A stretch of 64,000 bases of DNA, from the NCBI GenBank assembly GCA_963804645.1, contig CAWDRG010000009.1, forward strand, positions 928,001 through 992,000. The letters are read 5' to 3'. Below, in pieces: positions 49,512-59,609 of the stretch (position 1 is its first letter; each line of letters begins with the position of its first letter). Source of the DNA: an uncultured Bacillota bacterium. Lineage in GTDB: Bacteria > Sysuimicrobiota > Sysuimicrobiia > Sysuimicrobiales > Segetimicrobiaceae. The position numbers and the translations under genes were made by a program. The notes under the pieces were generated by a model that was not told the origin of the DNA, did not search any database, and saw nothing but the letters and a program-made list of their open reading frames with translations.

Positions 49512-50629
49512 TCAAGCCGGGCTGGCGCCCACGAGCTGCTCCACGCGGTCCCAGCGGACGTCGATCCCGAGGCCCGGACGGTCGGGCAGGACGAGGTGTC
49601 CGTGCTCAATCGGGAGCGGGGCCGTCAGGATCTCGTCGCGCCAGGGCGCGTCGACCGCGAAAAACTCCAGCCGCGAGAAGTTCGGAATGGCCGCGCACAG
49701 GTGCGCGCTCGCCAGCGAGGCGACCGGCGAGTTCGGGTTGTGGGGCGCGATCGGCACGTAGTACATCTCGGCCAGGGAGGCGATCGCCTTGGCCTCCGAC
49801 AGGCCGCCGGTCCGCACGATGTCGGGCATCAGCAGGTCGGCGGCGTGCGTCTCGAGCACCCGCCGGAACCCGTGGCGCGTGAATAGGCGCTCGCCGGTGC
49901 AGATCGGCACCCGGACGCGCCGGCGCACGTCCGCCATCGCCTCCGGATTCTCGGGGCCCACCGGCTCCTCGAGAAACCAGAGCCGGTACGGCTCCAGCAC
50001 CTCCGCGAGCCGGATCACCGACGGGACGTTCAGGCGGGCGTGGGTGTCGATCGCGATCTCGATCCCGGGTCCGACCGCGGTCCGCACCGCGTCGACGAGC
50101 CGCGCGGCGGCCTCCAGCTCCGCGACGGTCGCGTCGCGGCTGTCCGGATCGACGGCGGTCAGCGGGTCGAACTTGAGCGCGCCGTACCCCTGCGCGACGA
50201 TTTTGCGCGCCGCCTCGGCGTACGCGTCGGGCGCGCGGGGGACCCCCCGGAACCAGTTGTTGGCGTACAGCGGGATCCGGGTGCGGTACGCGCCGCCGAG
50301 CAGCTGGTAGACCGGCAGCCCGCTCCACTTGCCGACGATGTCCCAGAGCGCGATGTCGACGCCGCTGATCGCGCCCACCGACGCCCCGGCCGACCCGACG
50401 TAGGTGAGATGGCGCTGCATCTTGGTCCACAGCGGCCCGACGCGGCGCGGGTCGTCGCCGCGCAGCAGCGCGTCGAGCTCCGCGAGGGCGCCCTCCACGG
50501 CCAGGCCGCCGGGAAAGTTCGTCGCGTCGCCGACGCCACGATGCCGGCGTCGGTCTCGACCGAGACGAGAATCCACGGCCACTCGAGCGAGCTCGGCAGG
50601 CGGTGGCTGCGCACCGCCGTGATCTTCAC
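49512..50629 (-). CDS. mandelate racemase/galactonate dehydratase-like enzyme; -1 frameshift at ~50537
   Basis: MKITAV..ETDAGIV|GVGDATNF, SGVDIALWDI, DTHARL, EEP, TGER, APHNP. Confidence 0.85.
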
Positions 50630-50633
50630 GGCG

Positions 50634-51761
50634 CTACCGGAACCACGCGGTGCCCGCGCGGAGGTGCGCGCGCGCCACGTCCTCGCGCAGCGTGATCCCG
50701 TACCCCGGCACGTCCGTCACGTGGATGTACCCGTCCCGGATGACCGGGCCCTCCACGAGGTCCGCCCACCACGGGATCATCCGGGCGTGATACTCCAGCA
50801 GCAGGAAGTTCGGGACGGTGGCCATGACATGGCACGCCGCGATCGTGCCGACGGGGCTGCTGACGTTGTGGGGCGCGCACGCCTTCGAGTAGGCGTCGGC
50901 CAGATCCGCCACCTTCTTGGCCTCGGCGAGGCCGCCCATCTTGGGGATGTCGGGTGCGATGATGTCGACGCCGTGATCGACGATGAGGTCGCGCAGGCCC
51001 TCTTTCAGGTACCGGTTCTCGCCGCTGCAGATCGGGATCGGGCTGCGCGCCGTGACGAACCGGTGCCCCTCGATGTCGTTCGCCTGCACCGGGTCCTCCA
51101 GCCAGCGCGGCCGGAACGGCGCGAGCGCGTGGGCCAGCGTGACGGCGTCCCGCGCGTTGTACTTCCAGTGGCAGTCCACCAGGAGGTCGGTCGCGGGACC
51201 CATCTCCGCCCGGACCGCGGCGATCATCCCGACGATCCGGTCCACCTCCGGGTTCGAGAGCGTCCGGTTCCAGGGGTCCAGCTCGTCCGGCGACGCCTTG
51301 TCGATGTCGAACTTGAGCGCCGTGAAGCCCTTGTCCAGCATCTCGCGGGCGACCTTGCGCGCCGGCTCGAACGACTCCCACCCGTGAAAGCCGCAGTCGG
51401 CGTAGATCCGGATCCGATCCCGAAACTTGCCCCCGAGCAGGCGGTACACCGGCACGCCGGCGGCCTTGCCCGCGAGGTCCCACAGGGCGATCTCGATCCC
51501 GCTCAGCGCCGTCACCATCGTGCCGGAGACGGAGCCGGCGCCGACCAGGCGCCGCTTGAGGAAGGTGAAGAGGGGTTCGACGTCTCTGGGATCGCGGCCG
51601 ATGACGTGATCGAGCACGGCCGGGCTCTGTAGGATCGCGTGGACGCCCGCGCCCCAGTACGCTTCGCCGAGGCCGCTCACGCCTTCGTCGGTCTGGATGC
51701 GGACCAAGATCCAGTCAAAGTTTCCCTGCACGGCGACGCTCTCGACGGCGGTGATCTTCAC
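50634..51761 (-). CDS. mandelate racemase/muconate lactonizing enzyme family acid-sugar dehydratase
   Basis: MKITAV, SGIEIALWDL, KFD, DCHW, LEDP, SGEN, APHN, LEYH. Confidence 0.9.
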   Translation of the reverse strand: MKITAVESVAVQGNFDWILVRIQTDEGVSGLGEAYWGAGVHAILQSPAVLDHVIGRDPRDVEPLFTFLKRRLVGAGSVSGTMVTALSGIEIALWDLAGKAAGVPVYRLLGGKFRDRIRIYADCGFHGWESFEPARKVAREMLDKGFTALKFDIDKASPDELDPWNRTLSNPEVDRIVGMIAAVRAEMGPATDLLVDCHWKYNARDAVTLAHALAPFRPRWLEDPVQANDIEGHRFVTARSPIPICSGENRYLKEGLRDLIVDHGVDIIAPDIPKMGGLAEAKKVADLADAYSKACAPHNVSSPVGTIAACHVMATVPNFLLLEYHARMIPWWADLVEGPVIRDGYIHVTDVPGYGITLREDVARAHLRAGTAWFR

Positions 51762-51959
51762 GGATCCCCTCGTTTCGCACGGGTCTAGGCGACGACTGCC
51801 GCGATAGTCTCTCGTGATTCCGCGATTTCTGGTGATCCCCCTGCCGCGCGGGGCGGTCCGGGGAATTGTAACGGCCCGTGCGGGGGACGGCACGGCCACA
51901 GGGGAATCCGCCCCGCCGAACGAATGCTGGAGGAACTCGTCTTGCCGGAGGTGGGGTTC

Positions 51960-53665
51960 ATGCCCGAGCGGCCCGTGCAGTTTCCGTGGGAATCGTACTA
52001 TCGGTCTGGACTCATCACGCGCCGGCAGCTGCTCAAGCTGAGCACGATGCTCGGCACTGCCGTTGTGGTGGGCGGGGAGGCCGGCATGCTCGCGGCGCCG
52101 GAACGTGCCGCGGCCGCGGTCGCGCCGGCGGCCCAGCAGGTGCTGCGCTATCCAGACACGGAGCCGTTGCACTTCGACCCGGCGACGATGGAGGCGCGGC
52201 CCGAGATCCTGATCGGCATGGCGCTGTTCGATCCGCTGATCACGTTCGATGCGAGCGGGCACGTCGTGCCGGTCGCCGCCCAGTCATGGAACGTGTCGTC
52301 GGACGGCCTCACGTACACGTTTCACCTCCGCTCCGGCATGCAGTGGTCCGACGGGCATCCGGTGACCGCCTCGGACTACGAGTACGCGTGGAAGCGCGTG
52401 ATCGACCCCACGGTCGCGAGCGATTACGCGTCCGCGTTCTACCCGATCAAGGGCGCGCTGGCGTACAACAAGGGCCAGACCAAGACCGCCGACGGCGTGG
52501 GGATTAAGGCGCTGAACACGCTGACGCTGCAGGTGGTCCTGGCCGCGCCCGCCGCCTACTTCCCGAGAATCGTGTCCACGTGGAACTGTCTGCCCGTGCC
52601 CGCGCTGGCAGGTCGAGAAGTACGGCAAGAAGTGGGTCGAGGCCGGCAACCACGTCGGCAACGGCTCGTTCATGCTGCAGTCCTGGGAGCACGACAAGCA
52701 GATCGTGCTCGTCGCGAATCCCACGCTACTGGGGGACGAAGCCAACGCTGCAGAAGATCGTCTTCACGCTGAGCGACGATCCGTTTACGACGAGCCTGCC
52801 CGCGTACGAAAACAACGAGCTCGACATCACCGACCAGATTCAGCCGGCCGATATCGCGCGCGTGCGCAGCGATCCGACGCTCAGCAAGCAGATCCACAAG
52901 TTCCGGTGGTCCGGTACGGCGTGCCTGTTCTGCGACACGACGAACCCGAAGTCCCCGCTCAGCAACGTCAAAGTGCGCCAGGCGCTTTACCTCGCGATCG
53001 ATCACACGCGCATCGCGAACGACGTACTGCGCGGCATCTACGATTCGGCGCTGACCATCACGCCGCCTGGGACGATGGGTTCGCTCGCGACGCCGCCGCT
53101 CACGGGCGGGGTCGCCCGCGCGAAGGAGCTGCTTGCCGAAGCCGGCTATCCGGACGGCAAGGCCTTCCCCGGATTCACGATCACGTGGGGCAATCTGGTG
53201 ACGTTCAACCTTGTGGCGCAGGCGCTGCAGCAGATGTGGAGCGACTCGCTGAACATCACCGTGAATCTCCAGCAGATGGACTCGAAGGGGTTCAACGCCG
53301 CGTTCAACTCGTACGGGTCGCAGCCGTACGGCGCGTTCATCAGCCGGTGGGGCTCCGACTACGAAGATCCGGCCAACTGGGCGAACATCCTGTTCGATTC
53401 CGACCAGGACTTCTTCCACACGAAGTGGCACAATGTCCAGTTTGACTCCCTCGTCCGCGCCGGGTCCGCGGAGCTCAACGCGACGAAGCGCAAGAGCGAC
53501 TACGAGTCGGCGGAAAAGATTCTGAACACCGAGCTGCCGGCGATCCCGCTGTATCACCTGGGCGTCATCATCGCGATCAAGCCGTACGTGCAGGGGTTCG
53601 CGCTGCCGCCGGCCGCCAGCGCCTGGTACGGCACGTTCGCCCGGGTCAAAATCCTGGACCACTAA
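51960..53665 (+). pseudogene. OppA-type peptide ABC substrate-binding protein (Tat) with two +1 frameshifts (~52600, ~52721); possibly sequencing errors
   Basis: TRRQLL; YTFHLR..WSDGHPVTA.DYEY.W; joins as LPVP|RWQVEKYG..VGNGSF..ANP|RYWGTKP..WGSDYEDP. Confidence 0.85.
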
Positions 53666-53702
53666 CCCGCGCCGGACAGAGGCCGCGCGCCGCGCGCTTC
53701 CG

Positions 53703-54630
53703 ATGGGGGTCTATCTCGCCCGCCGGGTTCTGCTGGCGATTCCGACGATGGCGGTCGTGTATACGCTGGCGTTCCTTCTGATTCATGCGACGCCGGGGGG
53801 ACCGTGGGACAACGCGGAGAAGCCGCTCGCGCCGGAGGTCATCCAAAACATCAAGATCAAGTACCACCTGGACCAGCCGATCTGGGCGCAGTACCTGCTC
53901 TACCTCGGCAACGTGCTCCACGGCTCGCTCGGGCCGTCGTACGTGAACACCTCCGAGGACGTCTCGGAGATCATCAAGGAGTTCTTTCCGGTCTCGCTCC
54001 AGCTCGGCGCGGCCGCGATAGTGTTCGCGGTCGTGGTCGGGCATCCCGCTCGGCACGCTGGCCGCCGTCTACCGCAACACGCCGGTGGACTACGCGGCCA
54101 CGGGGCTCGTGGTGCTCGGGATCTCGATCCCCAACTACGTGATGGCCTCGCTGCTCGTGACGGTCGTGGCGGTGGAGCTGCACTGGCTGCCGACCGGCGG
54201 GTGGGGCGGGTTGTTCGACGTCCGCCTGCTGATTCCGATGGTCGCGATCGGCTTTCGCCCGGCGACCGTCCTCGCCCGGTATCTTCGGACCGCGCTCCTC
54301 GACGTGATGCACCAGGACTACATCCGGACGGCGCGCGCGAAAGGGCTGTTTGGATCGCGCGTGATCATTCATCATGGCCTCAGAAACGCGCTCACGCCGG
54401 TCGCGACCGTGTCCGGGATTCTCGTCGCGGACGTCGTCACCGGATCGTTCTTCGTCGAGACGATCACGCGGGTGCCGGGCATCGGCCGGTATTTTGTCAC
54501 GGCGGTGACCGGACGGGATTATCCTGTGCTGCTGGCGCTGGCACTGTTGTTCGCCGTCATCATCATCACGATGAACATCCTCGTCGACCTGTCCTACGCC
54601 GTGCTCGACCCCCGGGTGCGGTATTCATGA
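53703..54630 (+). pseudogene. OppB-type permease with a +1 frameshift at ~54040; possibly sequencing error
   Basis: PGGPW, KYHLDQP..QY, VVG|IPLGTLAA, DYIRTARAKGL, DPRVRY. Confidence 0.85.
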
Positions 54631-55629
54631 CGCGCGCGGCGCGCCGCCCGATGCTCGGCCGGCGGGGTGGGCGCCACGGATAGCCCGTCGCTCGTCGGGA
54701 CCCGCGCGCCGGCCTCCCGGGAGGCCCGCCGCCGGTCGCGGCGCGCCCTCGTGCGGTTCGCCCGGCACCGCCTCGCGATCGTGGGCGCCGTGTGCCTGCT
54801 GGCGATCGTGGTAATCGCGATCGCCGCCCCCGTGGTCGCGCCCTACCGCTACGCCCGGCAGGATCTGCTGAACACCTACGCGCCGCCCGACGCGCGCCAT
54901 CTGGTCGGCACCGACGCGCTGGGGAGGGACGTGTTGAGCCGGCTCATGTACGGCGCGCGCGTGTCCATGAGCGCCGGGGTCGTGGCCACCGCGATCGTGC
55001 TCACGATCGGGGTGCCGACCGGCCTCGTCGCGGGCTACTTCGGCGGGATGTTCGACCTGCTGCTGATGCGCGTGGTCGACGTCGTCTACGCGATCCCGTT
55101 TCTGCTGCTGGTCCTCTTGCTGCAGGTCTTTTTCACGGCGTTTCTGCCTGCGGTGAAGGCCGGGCCGCTGCTGTGGCTGCGCATGCTGAACCAGGATACG
55201 GGGGGCATCACCGCGATCGTGCTCGCGCTCTCGCTGGTCGGGTGGCTGGACGTGGCGCGGGTGGCCCGCGGCCAGACGATCGCGCTCCGCCACCGCGAGT
55301 TTATTCAGGCGGCGAAGAGCCTCGGCGCCTCGGAGCGGCGGATCGTCGCCGCGCATCTCCTGCCGAACATCGCGGCCCCGATCATCGTCATGGCGACGCT
55401 CTTGATCCCGCAGTTCATCATCGCGGAGGCCGCGCTGAGCTTCCTCGGCCTCGGCGTGCAGCCGCCGACGCCGAGCTGGGGCATCATGATCCTGGACGGC
55501 GCGAACGCCATCGAATCCTACCCGCGGCTCGTGATCGCGCCCGCGGTGGCGCTCGCCGTGACGCTGCTCAGCCTCAACTTCGTCGGCGACGGCCTGCGCG
55601 ACGCGCTCGATCCCTCCGGCGAGCGCTGA
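54627..55629 (+). CDS. OppC-type permease; intact ORF from 54667, probable real start ATG 54627 with a +1 shift at ~54665
   Basis: HLVGTDALGRD, REFIQAA, HLLPN, EAALSFLGLGVQPPTPSWG, GDGLRDALDP. Confidence 0.88.
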
Positions 55630-55656
55630 CCCGGCGACGTCGACCCCCGGCGGGGC

Positions 55657-56634
55657 CTACGCCGTCAGCGCGCCGCCCGTGAGCAGCGGGTCGCCGTCGA
55701 GCGTCAGGGTCGGCCGGTACATCATCCCGTCGAAGTGCGACGCCGCCTTGGTGGAGCCGCCGAGGTTCGCGCTGGTGCCGATCCCGATGTGCACGGTCCC
55801 GAACGCCCCGTGGTCCTGCGCCCAGACGCCGGTCAGCATGAGGACCTCCGGGTTGAGCCCGACCGCCAGCTGCGCGATGTTGTAGACGGCGGCGTCGCCG
55901 AGCGACGCCCAGATGCGCGCGATCATGCGCGCCTCGTGTCCGCCGTCGACGCGGACGATATTGCCGCGCTCGACCGTGCAGACGACCGGATCCCGCAGCG
56001 GCCCGCCGAGCCGCAGGTTCGGAATGCTGCCGTCGAAGACCAGGACGCCCTGCGCCGATCCGTCCCTCGGTGAGACGTTCGCCTCGATGTTCGGGAACGA
56101 CGAGAACTTCCCCGGACGATCGAGAATGCAGTCGTGCGCGTTGCCGGCCCGCGCCGTCAGGTCAAACGTGCAGTCCGTTCCGCCCGGCGTCGTGAGGTGC
56201 GCGGCCGCGGCGCGGGTGAGCCGCACCGCCACCCGGCGGACCGTGGCCGACTGGGCCTCGAAGTCCGCTTCGGCCCCGCCGCGCGTCAACTGCCCGAGGG
56301 TCGCCGCCGGCAGCGACAGCACCCGCGTTCCCCGGTCGAGCGCCGCGTGCACGGCGCTCGAATGGCTGATCGAGTAGCTGACCGGGATGAGCGCGACGGT
56401 CGCGGCCTGGAGTGCCGCCGAGACGATGCCCGGGGGCTCGTCGCCGTCGACCCGGCGCGGCGTCATCAGGGTCGTGACGACGTCGTCGGTCACTTCCAGC
56501 GCCGCGGCCGCGAGCATGTCGGCGACCTCGACGGTGTCGGTGTCCGCGACGACCACGACCGACTCCCCGGGCGCGACGCGCGCGCACGTCCGCACGACTT
56601 TCCGGGCACCGGGCAGGAAGCCTGCCAGCGTCAT
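55657..56634 (-). CDS. M29/aminopeptidase T-fold protein (NicX-like)
   Basis: GESVVVVAD, TTPGGTD..F, FPNIE, NIAQLAVGLNP, GTVHIGIG, SHFD. RBS GGAGG. Confidence 0.8.
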   Translation of the reverse strand: MTLAGFLPGARKVVRTCARVAPGESVVVVADTDTVEVADMLAAAALEVTDDVVTTLMTPRRVDGDEPPGIVSAALQAATVALIPVSYSISHSSAVHAALDRGTRVLSLPAATLGQLTRGGAEADFEAQSATVRRVAVRLTRAAAAHLTTPGGTDCTFDLTARAGNAHDCILDRPGKFSSFPNIEANVSPRDGSAQGVLVFDGSIPNLRLGGPLRDPVVCTVERGNIVRVDGGHEARMIARIWASLGDAAVYNIAQLAVGLNPEVLMLTGVWAQDHGAFGTVHIGIGTSANLGGSTKAASHFDGMMYRPTLTLDGDPLLTGGALTA

Positions 56635-56708
56635 TCCGCGCCTCCGACTCGTTGTCTTCCGAACTCCGGGCCCGCGAGGGGGCCGGCCGCGCCGATTCCT
56701 CGCCCGCG

Positions 56709-57872
56709 CTACCGCGGGACGTCCGCGCCGCGCCGGATCAGGATTTCGCGGAGGCGCCGGGCGACGATCTCCGCCTCGCCGGGCTGCAGCGTCCACGACG
56801 CGATCTCGAGCGCGTCCTCCTCCTGCGGGACCGGCACCACCTCGATCGGCGGATCGCCGGCGCGCAGCTCCTCCGCGATCTCTGCTATGGACCCGTCCGC
56901 GGCCGAGCGCCAGCGGACGCGCAGGTGCGGCACGTGGTTGGAGATCGCGGGGACGAACTGTTCCGTCTGGATGCGCGGGAGCGGCTCGAGGGCCGACCGC
57001 AGCCCCGACACGGCCGCCTCCCAGGCGCGCCACTCGGCGTCGTGATCGCGGCGGAGATAGGTCTCGACGGCGACCAGCATGCCGATCACTTCTTCCTTGC
57101 TCACCTTGAGGCCGCGGCCGACGGTGTCGCTGTGCGGCGCCGTGTTCAGCCGCGCCGCGGTCACGAGGTCGCGGCGTCCCAGCAGCAGTCCCGCACTCTG
57201 CGGGCCTCCGAGCCCTTTGCCGCCGGAGACGGCGACCAGGTCGAACCCCATGCGCGTGTACGCGAACAGAGTGTCCACCGGCGGGACGTCGGCGGCCGCG
57301 TCGTTCATCGTGGGCACGCCGCGCCGCTTCCCGACGGCGATGAACTCCGCGGCGGGGATCCGGCCGCTCGGCGCCGCCTTGTTCAGAAAAAGCAGCAGCG
57401 CCGTCTGATCGGTGATCGCGCGCTCCAGCTCGTCGCGCGTGTCCACCTCGACGAGCCGCACGCCGCAGGCGCGGACCGCGTGATCGTACAGGAACCGGTG
57501 GGCGCGCTGCATCACGACCTCGTGCTTCATTCCGGTCAGGTCCGGCAGCCGCCGGATCCGCTCCGGATCGTCTCCCGTGATGCACGCCGCGGTCCCGAGC
57601 ATGAGCGCCGCGGCCGCGCCGGACGTCACCAGGGCGGCCTCGCACTCGAGGAGGTGCGCGATGCGGGCGCCCACCGCCGCGTGCACGTCCTCGAGCCGGG
57701 CGCAGCGGCCCGACACCGCGGCGATCGCGTCGACCACCTCCGGGCGCATCAGCATGCCTCCGAACTTCGTGTACGTCCCGGCGGCGTTGATGACGGTGCG
57801 CACGCCGAGGTCGGCGAGGAAGTCCCTGCGCGGTGCCGTCCCTCAAACGGCGTGCGTGTCGAGGTTCCGCAT
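56709..57872 (-). CDS. SelA-like/DgaE family PLP-dependent enzyme; in-frame TGA at 57843-57845 (open ORF from GTG 57803)
   Basis: LGVRTVINAAGTYT, VTSGAAAA, DAAAD, SGGKGLGGPQSAG (PLP lysine), GRGLKVSKEE. Strong RBS GGAGGAG before ATG 57872. Confidence 0.85.
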
Positions 57873-58006
57873 CGCTGCTCCTCCCCGCGCCGAGCCGCGG
57901 TCCGCGCACATGGGCGGCGCGGGATCGTGCGTACCGGCGTCGAGGCCTTCGCGGGGGTCCGGCCAACTCCTGGTCCCGTCGGCGCGCGGCGCCCGGAACC
58001 CGTCCG

Positions 58007-59368
58007 CTACCGGCAGACGGGATTCAGCGCGCCGCGGGTCATCGCGAACCCCAGGTGCCTGTTGGGCGAGCTGGCCCACGCGAGGAGGCCGACGACCTCG
58101 CCCTGATCGTCGAGGACGGGCGACCCGCTGTCGCCGTGCACGGCGGTGCCCTGGAGGGAGATCGTGAAGATCGGCGTCCCGTCCGACGCCGCGACGATCT
58201 TTTGCACGGTCCCCGGGGTCGACAGCGCGTAGGGGATCGACCCCGCGCTGCCGCCGTACCCGACGAAGTGCACCGGCTCCCCGACGACCGGATCTGGCCC
58301 GAACCGCAGCGCCGGAAACGACGGTAGGGGGCCCTGGTGCGCGTAGCCGTACGGCGTCAGGCCGGGCGGGTGGAGACTCCCGAACGGGAAGTCGGGCGCG
58401 GGTGCGAGCCGAATCTCCGCGACGTCGCGGCTCGGTTCGACCGGGGAGGAGGGATCCCCCCACGGATCGTGCGTCAGCACGCTTGCGCAGACGACGGTCG
58501 CGCCGTAGAACTCGCCGTTGACGAGCGCCACCAGCTGATACGCGGGGTTGACGTACGCTTCGTACACGACGTGGCTGTTGGTCAGCGCCGTGCCGTCCGG
58601 GGAGATGAAGAACGCCGTCCCTCCGGCGACGTCGTAGGACCGCTGCGGGACGCGCGGCACCGCGAACACCATGAACACGCCCGCGAGTGGATTCTCGCCT
58701 ACCGCGGGCGATTCCGGAGGCGGTTGCGGCAGCCGCTGGACCAGCGGCGGGGTCGGACGGAACGTCTCGAGGATCGCAGAGATCGTCGCGAAATCCGTCC
58801 TGATGCGACCCGGGTCGTTCAGGGTCGCGCCGTACGCGTAGTAGCCGGTCTGTCCGACCGCCATGAAGACCATGACCGAGTACAGAGACACGGGACGCTC
58901 GGGGACGGGCGCGATGGCGTAGACGTAATATGCCGGCAGGCCGGCGACGGTGGCGGCGCCCTCCTGAAGGACCCGCAGACCGGACGGTGCCTGTGGTGCC
59001 GCCCGGAGCGCGTCGACCATCTGCAGGGGGTCGACCTGCGAGTTGGACTGCGTGAGGGGCACCGCCGTGACGACGAACATCGGGGCGGCCTGCGAGGCGC
59101 CTCCCGGGCCAAACGCGATCAGCCCGCTGGTCCCGCTCGTGATCAGGGGGCGCGCTGCGGCCGGCACTTCTTTCGCCAGGACCGCCGCGTCGAGCGGCCC
59201 CGCGCTCCAGTCCCCGGGCAGGGTGATCGTGAACTGCCCGCGGTCGTCCGAGACCACCCGCGCGGCCGGCTGTGCGACGGCCGGGGTCAGCGCCGCGCCG
59301 CACAGGGCAAGCAGGCAGACCGCCTGCGTCCACCGCCGCCCTACGGTTGTTGATGTGTGGTGACGCAA
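58007..59368 (-). CDS. secreted S1 (trypsin-like) serine protease with N-terminal PsbP-like domain
   Basis: Signal peptide; FTITLPGDW; catalytic TNSHVV (His), RDVAEI (Asp), GDSGSPV (Ser). Confidence 0.78.
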   Translation of the reverse strand: MRHHTSTTVGRRWTQAVCLLALCGAALTPAVAQPAARVVSDDRGQFTITLPGDWSAGPLDAAVLAKEVPAAARPLITSGTSGLIAFGPGGASQAAPMFVVTAVPLTQSNSQVDPLQMVDALRAAPQAPSGLRVLQEGAATVAGLPAYYVYAIAPVPERPVSLYSVMVFMAVGQTGYYAYGATLNDPGRIRTDFATISAILETFRPTPPLVQRLPQPPPESPAVGENPLAGVFMVFAVPRVPQRSYDVAGGTAFFISPDGTALTNSHVVYEAYVNPAYQLVALVNGEFYGATVVCASVLTHDPWGDPSSPVEPSRDVAEIRLAPAPDFPFGSLHPPGLTPYGYAHQGPLPSFPALRFGPDPVVGEPVHFVGYGGSAGSIPYALSTPGTVQKIVAASDGTPIFTISLQGTAVHGDSGSPVLDDQGEVVGLLAWASSPNRHLGFAMTRGALNPVCR

Positions 59369-59609
59369 CGACGATCTCCCCCCGCGCGCTCGCCCGGCTC
59401 TGGTTCAGTATTATACCCACAGCGGGTCGTTGGGAGGAACAGTTCCCGGGAAACGCGTGCCTCCGGACCGGCGGCGTCCAGCCCTCCGGTTGACGGGGCC
59501 GGGGCGGCGTGTTTTTATGGATGCGGGTTCGAAGACGCGCCGCGGGCTGTGACGCCCTCCGACGGGTTCCGTCGGAGGGCGTGCGCATGCGCGGACGGGA
59601 GGCGGGGCC

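Noticed and set aside
56709..57803. Calling this gene the true selenocysteine synthase selA
   Set aside because: It is shorter, lacks the SelA N-terminal tRNA-binding domain and has no adjacent selB; it fits the SelA-like/DgaE group.
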